Assembly: GCA_963667705.1 (NCBI GenBank)
Contig: OY763937.1
Coordinates: 515,821 to 579,820, forward strand
DNA: 64,000 nt
From: Alphaproteobacteria bacterium
GTDB taxonomy: Bacteria; Pseudomonadota; Alphaproteobacteria; UBA828
Direction of reading: 5' to 3'
Shown here one piece after another: positions 21,101-30,059 of this stretch (within the stretch, counting starts at the first letter, position 1; each line of letters opens with the position of its first letter). The translations under genes and the position numbers were made by a program. The notes beneath the pieces are model-generated. The model made no database searches. It saw nothing but the letters and a program-made list of their open reading frames with translations, and was not told the origin of the DNA.

Positions 21101-24100
21101 GTCCCCGGGGGCGAATGCGGCCGCATCGCGATGCAGAAGGAGCACCTCCACCGCAGCCGGGCGCAGCAGGCCCTCATCGAGTGCAGTCGCCTGGCACTCG
21201 GCCGCGTCGATGCATTCGAATCGCAGAGCGGCGTCGGCTGCGTGAAACGCCTCGTAGCTCTTGCCGGCGCTATCTTCATCGTGGCTGACGAGCCAATACT
21301 CGCTCTGCCGTCCGGCACCCGACAGGTGCCCGACGCATTGCTCGAGCATGGTCTGCTCGGGCTCCCTGCACCCTGCGAACTCCAAGACGCGGCACGCGCG
21401 GTCCGCTCCGTCAACGGGTTGTTCGAGAGCGGCGAGCAACTCCGCAGGGTCGATGTCGCCGGCGGACAGCCGGTCGGCGAACGCCCGGCCGTTCGGCAGG
21501 AACTTGGGCTGCCAGACGATCCGGTGCTTGCTGTGAGGCAGGTCGCCCCTTTTCAGGTTCGAGTCGAAATGGATGTATTTCTGGACGTAGGCAACGAGGG
21601 CTCCATTGGATTGGTCGTAGAAGCTGATGCTGCCCGACAGCCGCTCGCCCTCGGACGGGTTGAATTGACCCTTGTCGTCGATATCCACGGCTCGATCGGG
21701 AGGATCCCTCAGAAGACAGGTCAGCCGCGGTCCCGACGCCACACCGAGAAACGTCATGTGCTCGATTCGCCGCGGGATGCACAGGTGATCGGGAGTAAGC
21801 AACATGTTGTAGAGAAACGCCTGAAATGCGCCGTCGATCAGCGGGGGGTAGAAGACGTACCCCTCATCTCTGCCGTCGGCCCACAGGGTTTCGTCGATTT
21901 CGAGATCGGCCAGGAAGGACCGGGTCGCCTCGTCGCGCTGAATCTGCCGGATGTTTCTGCAGTGGGGGCCGTAGCCGTACGTATCGCCCAGAACCGCCTC
22001 GAAACGTTCGTAGAGTTCCTCTCCGGAGGCATGCTTGAGGGGCGCGTAGGCGGAGCGGTCGATGTCTCCGAGCCGGCCTGGAGCGTCCAGCGCCGGCGGG
22101 TCGCTCAACACGCGCACCTTGCCCCGACAGTGCGACTCGCTCCTGGTGTCCTCGCCGTAGGGCCGGGTGGAAATGACGAAGGTGTATTCGGACGGGGAAT
22201 TGGCGACCGGATGCAGCGCCGTCTGCAGGCGCACCGGCGTTCTCGGGACCGGGCAAGGCTGAAGAAACTCGATCACGTCGAAGTGCACCGGCGCCCCGCC
22301 GAACGCCTCGAGAATCATCTCGATGTAGCCCGTCGCCGGCATGATCGCCGCGTGATGGACCACGTGGTCGGCGGCCCACGGAAAGGCCCGGTCAGAGAAA
22401 CGCGCCTCGAACATCAGGTGATCGCACGGGATCCGGTGACCGACGAGCGGGCCGTGAGAGTACTCGGCTCCCTGATTGTGGAACTCGTCGTCCGCCATGG
22501 TATCCGCCTTCTTCTCCTCGTCCTTCGGATGTCCGGGCAGCAGGTGAGGAAGGGGCTCCGGGCGCGGGTACCGGGAGGCAAAGTCGAGCGGCACGCCGGC
22601 TCTGAACAATGCCCCCAGCGATTCGAGAAAACCGATGCGCGTATCGCTGTCGCGCATGAATGTCGCGATCGAGGTCGGGGCGGACACACCGTCGGCCAAG
22701 CATTGTGCGATGACGGGCTGCAGCGCGCAGTGCGGCGCAAGCTCGAGCACCGCCTGCGGCCGGTGGTCGCGCTTGACGGCGTCCATCGCGGCGGCAAAGC
22801 GCACGGGCTGGCGGATGTTCGACCACCAGTACGCGCTGTCGAGGCGCTCGGTGAGGCTGCCGGTCACGGATGAAACGAAGGGAACGTCGAGGTCGAAGGC
22901 CAGCTCGTCGAGGAAGGACAGCGCCGCCGCCACGTCCTCCCGGATGGCGTCCATCGCCCGGGAGTGAAAGGCGATGTTTCCGGGAACCAGTCGATTCTGC
23001 AGGTTGCGCCGTTCGAGCTCCTCGATGACAGGCTGCAAGGCGGTTTCGCTGCCGCAAATGACGGTATTGGCCGGCGCATTCTCGCAGGCGATCTCGACCT
23101 GGACCGGCCGGTTCGCATCGAGCCGGAAGGGAACTTCGAGGGTGTCCAGCAACTCCTCGACGCCGCAACGATCGAGGCCGATCGCCAGCATACGGCCCGA
23201 CCCGGCGGCGCGTTGCTGCAACGTGGCGCGATGGAAGACCAGTCGCGTCGCGTCTCCCAGGGAAAGCGCTCCGCAGGCGTAGGCTGCGGCCACCTCGCCG
23301 GAGCTGTGGCCGACCACGCAGTCCGGATAGACTCCCCAAGTCTTGAACAATTCGACGAGCGCGCACTGGAGCATGAAGATCACGGGCTGGGCCAGCTCGC
23401 ATTCGTCGAGCTCCGACTGCGGCGCGGAGAAGCAGGCCTCGCGTAGCGAGACGTCCGAATGTTCGCGCCAGTGCGCCTCGATCGCGTCGATGACGCGGCG
23501 AAATACGGGGTCGGCGCCATAGAGCGCGCGGCCGCAACCGGCCCACTGCGTGCCCTGTCCGGCGAACACCATCGTCAGCCGCGGCTCGCCCTCCTCTGCG
23601 GTCGCAACCGGGGCGCGTTCCTCCGCAACGGCATCGAGCCCCTCTTCGAGCTCCTCCAAGTCGCGCACCGCAAGCGCGGCGCGCGTGGAGAAATGGGTGC
23701 GACGGCGGCTGAGATTGCCGGCCAGCGTATAGAGATCCACAGGCCGCCGGTCGAGCATCTCGCGAAGCTGCCCCGCGCTTAGGGCGAGCGACTTCGCATT
23801 GCGCGCCGAAAGGGGAATGACGTAGCCGGCCTCCGGAGCCAGGGCGACCGACCAGATGCGGGGACGCGCCGGGCGGTACTCGCGCACCACACAGTGCCCG
23901 TTGGCGCCGCCGAAGCCGAAGGAGTTGATGCCGACGACGACGGGATGTTCGGGAAAGGGCTCGACCTCCGTCTGCACCCGCATCGGGCAGCGGTCGAAAT
24001 CGATTTCGGGATTCGGCACCAGGTAGTTCTTCGATGTCGGCGCGAAGGTGCGGCGCTGCATCATCAGGACGACCTTCAGCATCGCGCAATGGAATGCGGC

Positions 24101-25192
24101 CGCTTCCATATGCCCGACGTTGCTCTTGACGCTCGAGACCCGAAGCGGCACCTCGCGATCGAACCCGCCGAACGCCTCCGCGATGGCATTGCCTTCGATC
24201 CGGTCTCCCACCACGGTTCCCGTCGCGTGGGCTTCGACGTAGTCGAACTCCCGGGCAGTGCGCCCGGCACGGGCGGCAGCGGTGCGCATCAGCTCGACCT
24301 GCGCGTGACGGGTCGGCGCGACGATGTTGCGACCGGGGGGCAGGCCCACGGCGTCGTCCGCCGCGCCGGCCGCGTTGACCGCGCTCGCCTCGATCACGAC
24401 ATGAATGGGATCTCCATCGCGCTCCGCCGCGGCCAGGGGCTTCAGCGCGAAGATGAATGCGCCTTCGGAGCGCATGTAGCCGTCGGCCTGGGCGTCGAAG
24501 GAGTGGCACTTACCTTCCGGGCTGATGACCCCCATGAGGTTGAAGCTGCTGCTCAGCCTTGCGCTGCCCAGGTAGGTAACAGATCCGACGAGCGCCTGAT
24601 CGCAGTCGCCGCACTGAAGGGCGTTCATGGCCGAGTGCAGCGCGCTCAGACCGGCGGAACATGCCGTGCAGTACGCGATCGAGGACCCCATGAGGTTGAA
24701 GTGGTACGAGATCCGGTTGGCCAGCATGGCCACGCTGATGCCGATGACGGAGTACTCGCTGACGCCATGCTGAGGCCGCCAGCTCGACACGGCCGGAACT
24801 TGTGCCCCGATGAACACTCCGGTGGAGCTATTGCGCAGTGCATGGAAGTCCCAGCCGGCATGCTCGATCGTCTCCCACGCGCAGTTCAGCAGCATCCTGA
24901 CCTGCGGTTCCGTCTTCATCATTTCGTTGTGGGACATTCCGAACAGTGTGCGGTCGAAGAGCAGCTCGTTGCTGTCGCGGATCAGTCCTTCCCAGGGACT
25001 GGCAAGGCGCCCCGGGCCAGAAAACTCCCCGATCGGCAGGTGGCCTTTGCCGTAGCGATCGGTGATCGGCTCCTGGACGATCTCGCGCTCGGCGAGCAGG
25101 CGCCAGAAATCGGAGTCCGAGCGGATGCCACCGGGCAGGCGGTGGCCGTATCCCACGATGGCGACGTCGCTTTCTCTCCTCTGCGACGTCAT
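18137..25192 (-). CDS. Type I polyketide synthase, fully reducing single module (KS-AT-DH-psiKR/linker-ER-KR-ACP). FAS/mycocerosic-acid-synthase-like. No thioesterase.
   Basis: KS active site TACSAGL with HGTGT and NVGH motifs. AT motif GHSSGE with IAFHS, which predicts malonyl specificity. DH HxxxAxxxxP-like motif. ER motif LIHSAMGGVGQAAIALA. KR Rossmann motif YLVSGGLGGFG. ACP motif GFNSIS. Confidence 0.95.
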   Translation of the reverse strand: MTSQRRESDVAIVGYGHRLPGGIRSDSDFWRLLAEREIVQEPITDRYGKGHLPIGEFSGPGRLASPWEGLIRDSNELLFDRTLFGMSHNEMMKTEPQVRMLLNCAWETIEHAGWDFHALRNSSTGVFIGAQVPAVSSWRPQHGVSEYSVIGISVAMLANRISYHFNLMGSSIAYCTACSAGLSALHSAMNALQCGDCDQALVGSVTYLGSARLSSSFNLMGVISPEGKCHSFDAQADGYMRSEGAFIFALKPLAAAERDGDPIHVVIEASAVNAAGAADDAVGLPPGRNIVAPTRHAQVELMRTAAARAGRTAREFDYVEAHATGTVVGDRIEGNAIAEAFGGFDREVPLRVSSVKSNVGHMEAAAFHCAMLKVVLMMQRRTFAPTSKNYLVPNPEIDFDRCPMRVQTEVEPFPEHPVVVGINSFGFGGANGHCVVREYRPARPRIWSVALAPEAGYVIPLSARNAKSLALSAGQLREMLDRRPVDLYTLAGNLSRRRTHFSTRAALAVRDLEELEEGLDAVAEERAPVATAEEGEPRLTMVFAGQGTQWAGCGRALYGADPVFRRVIDAIEAHWREHSDVSLREACFSAPQSELDECELAQPVIFMLQCALVELFKTWGVYPDCVVGHSSGEVAAAYACGALSLGDATRLVFHRATLQQRAAGSGRMLAIGLDRCGVEELLDTLEVPFRLDANRPVQVEIACENAPANTVICGSETALQPVIEELERRNLQNRLVPGNIAFHSRAMDAIREDVAAALSFLDELAFDLDVPFVSSVTGSLTERLDSAYWWSNIRQPVRFAAAMDAVKRDHRPQAVLELAPHCALQPVIAQCLADGVSAPTSIATFMRDSDTRIGFLESLGALFRAGVPLDFASRYPRPEPLPHLLPGHPKDEEKKADTMADDEFHNQGAEYSHGPLVGHRIPCDHLMFEARFSDRAFPWAADHVVHHAAIMPATGYIEMILEAFGGAPVHFDVIEFLQPCPVPRTPVRLQTALHPVANSPSEYTFVISTRPYGEDTRSESHCRGKVRVLSDPPALDAPGRLGDIDRSAYAPLKHASGEELYERFEAVLGDTYGYGPHCRNIRQIQRDEATRSFLADLEIDETLWADGRDEGYVFYPPLIDGAFQAFLYNMLLTPDHLCIPRRIEHMTFLGVASGPRLTCLLRDPPDRAVDIDDKGQFNPSEGERLSGSISFYDQSNGALVAYVQKYIHFDSNLKRGDLPHSKHRIVWQPKFLPNGRAFADRLSAGDIDPAELLAALEQPVDGADRACRVLEFAGCREPEQTMLEQCVGHLSGAGRQSEYWLVSHDEDSAGKSYEAFHAADAALRFECIDAAECQATALDEGLLRPAAVEVLLLHRDAAAFAPGDWEFWRRLLVAGGLALVSHSEGDVLEPGAGWAVVRAAARSTLLQAPQSWAKPLNATAVPTPRWVVGEPQSPAQDWPSLLDDPEVYPIAFEPLVCGEVHDIDEWPRVADLQAVDFFCGRDPQDPTGEGVVSAFVALVRALVSYRTEHAESRCRVTVVTRGAAFDVQDPRGCGLWGAVRSMAIEVGEDAGIDFRLVDLGADDDLKTLASLARCDLRDREVAVRGGRLWVPRIESIRDHAPCVPAGDETTYRLCLDNPGQIGGLQMKTYEPAALGPGMVEVDVKAAALNFRDVMATLGLLPSAAYERSALGLEVGMEASGVVRRVGEGVDRCLAGDEVIFTQGGCIANRAVVDAPLVFSKPARLDMEQAASSLSVYLTAYYALVHLARLSEGQSVLIHSAMGGVGQAAIALARRAGATIYATAGSEAKRDRLLELGASAAFDSHSESWYDQLMGATGGEGVDVVLNSLAGRHLALCLEALRPGGWHCEIGKVDIYSDNPLGLYVFRKNLRFAAVDVDRLMVDDPWLLRRLSETCLDLLERGELPPLPITVYDYEDYAKALRLMTSGKHQGKLVLRSPPAGVHPQFPIVDRRPLLDPDATYLVSGGLGGFGLCLLPYLVSVGARHLTLMDRDPERRRSADWLRESSSLQYMAHECEIDIVAGDVAIAADVERCVASLRRPLKGVFHLAGVLDDRLLDTMSRESVETVFAPKATGALNLHRATAGHPLDLFVMVSSTASTFGNPGQINYSAASAYLDGLATWRRGQGLPALSYNIAAVAEVGMASRNHHVLRMLRMAGMPPVSVHFAIANLDYALRRLSDSDHLVTALFKRVPLTVDSADYMRIGRLMSNHDAFQGHSDDRLTLETVMTQIAEKVAELCGHDEGDMDEPLASFGFNSISVAELVAFLQNQFNFQVSALELMTTATCQSLAHAIVHRAEQPEEVEGETDAVESADAPLSGRLRGRRRPSEFASVLEDHFPPVLCASRNEMTSES

Positions 25193-25326
25193 GCTGTCGC
25201 TCGGGGTCTCGGCACGACGGCAACGGCCGCGAAGCGGCCAGACACGCGTGCATGCCTATTGTGCCTCGATAGCATAGCCTTCAGGTCACTTGATGGGTTG
25301 TCGACGACTGTGCATGGTGCTTGATT

Positions 25327-25338
25327 TGTCATGTGACA
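25327..25338. promoter_or_regulatory. Perfect 12-bp palindrome TGTCATGTGACA nested inside a larger inverted repeat (CACTTGATG...CATCAAGTG) upstream of the PKS gene. Candidate operator.
   Basis: Direct reading of the sequence. It lies in the 250-bp gap between the RND gene stop and the PKS start. Confidence 0.3.
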
Positions 25339-25444
25339 TCAAGTGGTTGACATTGGAGTCATCCAGGGTGATTGCGACGGGAGATTCGGCAAACGACTCT
25401 CTGCTGCCCATGTTGTCCGCCGTAAAGCGCGCGACGGGCCGCGA

Positions 25445-28400
25445 TTAGTCGTGACGACCCGCGGCGATCATCACCAGCGCCGGCAGCACGAACAGGATCG
25501 AAAGCGTGGAGAACACAAGTCCACCCACCATGCTGACGACGAAGGGCACGAACGCGATCAGCTCATCGCCGCGCTCATAGAGCAGGGGCGAGATCCCCAG
25601 CACCGTGGTGAGGGTGGTCAGGAACACCGGCCGGAATCGCTGCCGTGTCGCCGCGGCTGCGGCGGCGATGGCGGGGATCATCGCGTTGTCTCGGCGGATC
25701 GTGTTGTAGCGATCCAGCAACACGAGAGCGTCGTTCACGACCACGCCGCCGACGGCAATCATGCCGAAGATCGACATGGTGGTCAGGTCCCAGCCCAGGA
25801 TCCAGTGGCTCACGATCGCGCCTGCGAAGGCGATCGGAATGCCCACGACCGCAATCACCGGCTTCCAGTAGCTGCGCAGGAACGCCGCGATGAGGGCGTA
25901 GATCGCGATCAAGACGATGGGGACGAGAACCGCCAGCGTCTCGAGCATGTCGCCCTCGTCCCGCGCACCGGCTTCGACCTCGACAGTGAGGCCGGGATAT
26001 GCCGCCAGAAGGTCGGGAATGATCTGGTCGCGAACCTCCCGCCGCGCCTGAATCGGCGTGATCACCGCAGTGTCCGCCCGCCCGTTGACGCGCGCCGCCC
26101 GCTTGCCGTCGATCCGCGTCAGCGTCGCCGGCTCGCGCTTCTCGGTGATCGTCGCCACCAGCGAAAGCGGGATTTCGCCGCCACCCGGCCGATGGATTCG
26201 TTCGCTGGCCAGCTCGCTCAGGCTGCGCCGCCGCTCGGCCGGATACCTGACCACCACGTTGATTTCCTCGCGGCCCCGCTGGATGCGCTGGACATCCGCG
26301 CCGTGGAAGCTGGAGCGTAGCTGCTTTCCAATGAGCGCCGGCGTCAGCCCGGCAGCCTTCCCTACCGGGGTCAGCTCGATCTCGAAGTGGCGTTTCCCCA
26401 GCGCCAGGTCGTCATGGATGCCGTAGATCCCCGGCACGGTCGCCATCCCCGAGCGCAACTCGGCGGCGGCGCTTCTCAACGTCTCCATGTCGTCGTGCTT
26501 GAGCGAATAGGAAACGCTCGGCCTAGCGGCAATGCGCCCGGAGCGGAATTCGACTCTCTCCAGGTTCGCCACGGGACCGACGGCCTTGCGCCATGCCCGC
26601 TCGACTTCGGGCGCGCTCGCGGAGCGATCCACCTGATCGCTGAGATGCAGCCGCACGGAGGCGAGATGGCTGCCGTTCAGCCGCTCTCTGACTTTCCACT
26701 CCGCATCGATGTTGCCGACGATCATGCTCACCGCGTCGACAGGAGTTCCCTCAAGCTCGTCGTTGAGGCCGTGCGCCGCCTCGGCGAAGCGATCGGCTGC
26801 GGCCAGCGTCTCCTCGAACGGCGCGCCCACCGGCAGATAGATGTCCGCCTGCACGTTGTCGGTGCTGCTCAGGTTCTCGTCGAAGAGGACGATGCGAACG
26901 GTGTCGGTTCCGAGGAGCAGGACGGCAGCGACCAGAACCAGGAGTGCGCCTATGATCGACAGCCAGACGTTGCGCACGGCCCATGAGGCCGCAGGCGCCA
27001 CGACCCGGTCGCGCACCTCGTCCAGCCATCCGCCGACCTGGCTCTGCACGTCGCTCAGCGGAGAGAGGCTCCAGCGCCTTTCGTGAGACAGGTGAGCCGG
27101 AAGGATGAAGAATGCCGCAACGAGGGAGACGAGCAGGACGAAGATCGCGACGTAGGGAAACACGTTCACGATCTGGAACGCGGGCGACGTGATGAAAAGG
27201 AACGGCAGGAATGCCAGAATCGTCGTGATGGCGCCGATGGTGAGCGGGCCTACCATGGCACGCGCGCCGGAAATCGCTGCATCCAGCGCGTTCTTCCCCT
27301 TCTCGCGTTCCGCCGCGATGCTTTCCCCCACCACCACGGAATCGTCCACGACGATGCCCACCAGGAGGAAGAAGCCGAAGATCGTGCCGAGATTGAGCGT
27401 GAGGTCCGCAGCATCGAAGAAGAGCAGCGAGCCTACGAAGGACAGGGGGATGCCGACGGTCATCCACAATGCGATGCGGAGCTCGAAGACCAGAACGAGG
27501 CTGATGAACACCAGGATCGTGCCGATCGCTCCGTTCTTCACGATCTCCAGCAGCCGGTCGAATACGGGGCTGGCATTGTCGTTCCAGATTCCGACGCTCA
27601 CGCCTTCGGGCGGGCTGTAGGCCGCAAGCAGATTCCTGATGTCCTCCGCCATATCGACGACCGACTGCTGCTCGGCCGCATCGACGCGAACGAGCACCGC
27701 CGGATGGCCGTTGACCTCGGTAACCACGTCCTCGTCGACGAACCCGTCGCGAATCGTGGCGATGTCGCCGAGCGTCACGATCGTGCCGCCGACCCGGGTG
27801 ATGAGCGGAATGTCCTCGAAATCCTGGCCGACGCTCTTCTTGGCGACGGTGTGAAGAACCACGCTGCCGGTGTCCGTCCGTATCTCGCCCATGGTGAGGT
27901 TGAGGGACGCCCCTCTTATCGTCCTGGACACTTCGGCGATGGAAAGGCTGTGGCGGCGCAGTTCCTCTTCGCTGAGCTCGATCGTGATTTCGCGGTCGCG
28001 GGTGCCTTTCAGAGACACCTGAGAGACGGACGGCAGCGCCATCACGCTGTCGCGCAGGTCTTCCGCCGCGCGGCGCAGTCCGTCCTCGGACAGACTGGAG
28101 GACACGACCGCCAGCGTCATGACTTCGTGGGAGACCGTGAGAAGCTGGACGTCCGGCTGTTCCGCCCGGACCGGCGGGAAGTTCTCGATGCCGTCGATCG
28201 CACTCTGAATATCGTTGAAGACGGCGTCGGAATCCGCGAAGGTCGCCATCTCCACCGTGACCTTGCCGAGGCTCTGGCTCGCGGTCGATACCACGCGCTC
28301 GACGCCCGGCAGCCCGACGACGGCCTCCTCGATGCGGCGGTTGATGTCCTCCTCGACCTCCTGAGGCGAAGCGCCCGGATACAGCACCGACACGGCGGCC

Positions 28401-28600
28401 CGCCGCGATTCGAAATCCGGGTAGTACTGGACGATGAGTTGGAGCCCCGAAAGCACGCCGCCGACGATCAGCAGGATCATCAGCAGGTTGGCGGCAACGG
28501 GATTGCCGGCGAAGTAGGCGATCAGCCCCGACTTCAGGCCAGTCGGGCTCGGCTGCGCCGCGGGCGCGGCGTCGGTGCTGCCGGAGTCGGTCATGCTCAT
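25445..28600 (-). CDS. RND-family efflux transporter permease (AcrB/HAE1-like)
   Basis: 1051 aa, 12-TM architecture with two large periplasmic loops. The N-terminus is typical of RND permeases. Confidence 0.9.
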   Translation of the reverse strand: MSMTDSGSTDAAPAAQPSPTGLKSGLIAYFAGNPVAANLLMILLIVGGVLSGLQLIVQYYPDFESRRAAVSVLYPGASPQEVEEDINRRIEEAVVGLPGVERVVSTASQSLGKVTVEMATFADSDAVFNDIQSAIDGIENFPPVRAEQPDVQLLTVSHEVMTLAVVSSSLSEDGLRRAAEDLRDSVMALPSVSQVSLKGTRDREITIELSEEELRRHSLSIAEVSRTIRGASLNLTMGEIRTDTGSVVLHTVAKKSVGQDFEDIPLITRVGGTIVTLGDIATIRDGFVDEDVVTEVNGHPAVLVRVDAAEQQSVVDMAEDIRNLLAAYSPPEGVSVGIWNDNASPVFDRLLEIVKNGAIGTILVFISLVLVFELRIALWMTVGIPLSFVGSLLFFDAADLTLNLGTIFGFFLLVGIVVDDSVVVGESIAAEREKGKNALDAAISGARAMVGPLTIGAITTILAFLPFLFITSPAFQIVNVFPYVAIFVLLVSLVAAFFILPAHLSHERRWSLSPLSDVQSQVGGWLDEVRDRVVAPAASWAVRNVWLSIIGALLVLVAAVLLLGTDTVRIVLFDENLSSTDNVQADIYLPVGAPFEETLAAADRFAEAAHGLNDELEGTPVDAVSMIVGNIDAEWKVRERLNGSHLASVRLHLSDQVDRSASAPEVERAWRKAVGPVANLERVEFRSGRIAARPSVSYSLKHDDMETLRSAAAELRSGMATVPGIYGIHDDLALGKRHFEIELTPVGKAAGLTPALIGKQLRSSFHGADVQRIQRGREEINVVVRYPAERRRSLSELASERIHRPGGGEIPLSLVATITEKREPATLTRIDGKRAARVNGRADTAVITPIQARREVRDQIIPDLLAAYPGLTVEVEAGARDEGDMLETLAVLVPIVLIAIYALIAAFLRSYWKPVIAVVGIPIAFAGAIVSHWILGWDLTTMSIFGMIAVGGVVVNDALVLLDRYNTIRRDNAMIPAIAAAAAATRQRFRPVFLTTLTTVLGISPLLYERGDELIAFVPFVVSMVGGLVFSTLSILFVLPALVMIAAGRHD

Positions 28601-28612
28601 GGCCCGGCTCCG

Positions 28613-29797
28613 CTATTCCGACGCCTGCGCGGCGCTGACCTCGACTGCCAATCCCTCTCGCGCCCCCGTCAAGGTGCCGACGACGACGCCCTCGCCCGCG
28701 TCGAACGCCTCCACAACCACGCCAACGTCGGCGTGCCCCAGCGTGCGCGGCGCGACGGCCTTCAGCGCGCCGCCTTCGACGATCCAGACGCTGCCCCGGT
28801 CCTGAATTGCCGATTCCGGCAGTACGAGCACGTTGTCATGCACGGGCCCAGCGATCGAAACCTCCACGAACGAACCGGGGAGCGGCAGCGTCTCGGCCGG
28901 GTGAGCCGCAGCGAATTTCAGGAAGACCCTCGCGAGACGAGACTTGGGACCGATGATCGCAGACGTGCGCTCCACCACAGCGTCGTACGTTCCTGATGCA
29001 GTCCGAACCGTGGCGGAGCGACCGATGGCCGGCGCGAGATAAGCCAGACTGTCCTGCTCGATGGGCGCTCTGACCTGGAGCGCGTCGGTCCGATACACGG
29101 TGCCCAATGACGAGGCACGGCCGACCAGCTCGGCGGGACCGACGAACTGGCCGACATCGATATCCGCCGCTGCGACCCGGACGTCGTGAGGAAGGGATAT
29201 CTCCGTTCGATTCAGCCGGAGCTGCGCCAGCTTCTCTTCGGCCTGCGCCTTCATGAGCGCGGCTTCCGCCTTCGCTATGTGTGGCGCGCGGCGAACCGAA
29301 TCGGGAATGTCGGCTCCGGGGTGTTCGCGCGTGAACGAGGCTACGCTTTCCTCCGCCTTTGCCTTCTCGATCTGGACCCGGGCCGCAGCTTTCGCGACCT
29401 TCGCGGCGGCGACTTCGAGCTCGAGCTCGTACTCGGCCGGATCGACCCTGATGATGGTCTCGTTCGCGGCGATCGACCCGCCGTTTCTGAAACTGGGCGA
29501 GACCCAGACCACACGGCCGCCGACTTCGGACGAGACTCTCACGTTCCCGTGCAGCGTGACCCCGCCGGTTAGGTCGACCGTCAGCGCGTGTTCTGTTGGC
29601 GTCGGTTGAATGACCGCGACGGTTGGCTTGGCCTGCTCGACCGCCAGGTCGGAGATGGGGTCGCGATCCACGCCGCTCGGCGCCTGCGCGAAATAGAGCG
29701 CGACTCCGACGGCGGCCAATATCAGGATCAGCTGCGCGTAGCCCAACCATTTGGGACGGCCGGATCTACCTTGGGGCTCTGTCGTTTCTTGTGCCAT
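28613..29797 (-). CDS. RND efflux periplasmic adaptor (membrane fusion protein, HlyD family)
   Basis: N-terminal TM anchor, coiled-coil and lipoyl/beta-barrel regions. It lies immediately upstream of the RND permease, 12 bp away. Confidence 0.85.
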   Translation of the reverse strand: MAQETTEPQGRSGRPKWLGYAQLILILAAVGVALYFAQAPSGVDRDPISDLAVEQAKPTVAVIQPTPTEHALTVDLTGGVTLHGNVRVSSEVGGRVVWVSPSFRNGGSIAANETIIRVDPAEYELELEVAAAKVAKAAARVQIEKAKAEESVASFTREHPGADIPDSVRRAPHIAKAEAALMKAQAEEKLAQLRLNRTEISLPHDVRVAAADIDVGQFVGPAELVGRASSLGTVYRTDALQVRAPIEQDSLAYLAPAIGRSATVRTASGTYDAVVERTSAIIGPKSRLARVFLKFAAAHPAETLPLPGSFVEVSIAGPVHDNVLVLPESAIQDRGSVWIVEGGALKAVAPRTLGHADVGVVVEAFDAGEGVVVGTLTGAREGLAVEVSAAQASE

Positions 29798-30059
29798 CGC
29801 TCATTCCGAGTGCGTCTGACCAGGGCTCCACCGATCCGACTGCGCCAAGCGTACAGCCCGCGGCGCCGGACGTTGCTATCCGCCCCGCTTCCTTCGTATT
29901 CGACAGCAAATCACGTGAATTGTGAGGAGGCCGAAACCGTCGCTCCAAAGTTCAGCGACGGGTTGGCTGCCGATCGCCGCCTCGCTGGGCTTGACAGTCC
30001 TCAGTGTACCCTGCCTCCGTCGTGATTCCCTGTCAGCCAGGGCGGATAGGAGGCACACG

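Noticed and set aside
19697-22873. 1058-aa ORF on the + strand
   Set aside because: Antisense to the PKS gene. The composition is R/G/A-rich and junk-like, the typical long shadow ORF of a 70% GC gene.
23894-25324. 476-aa + strand ORF
   Set aside because: Shadow ORF opposite the PKS KS domain.
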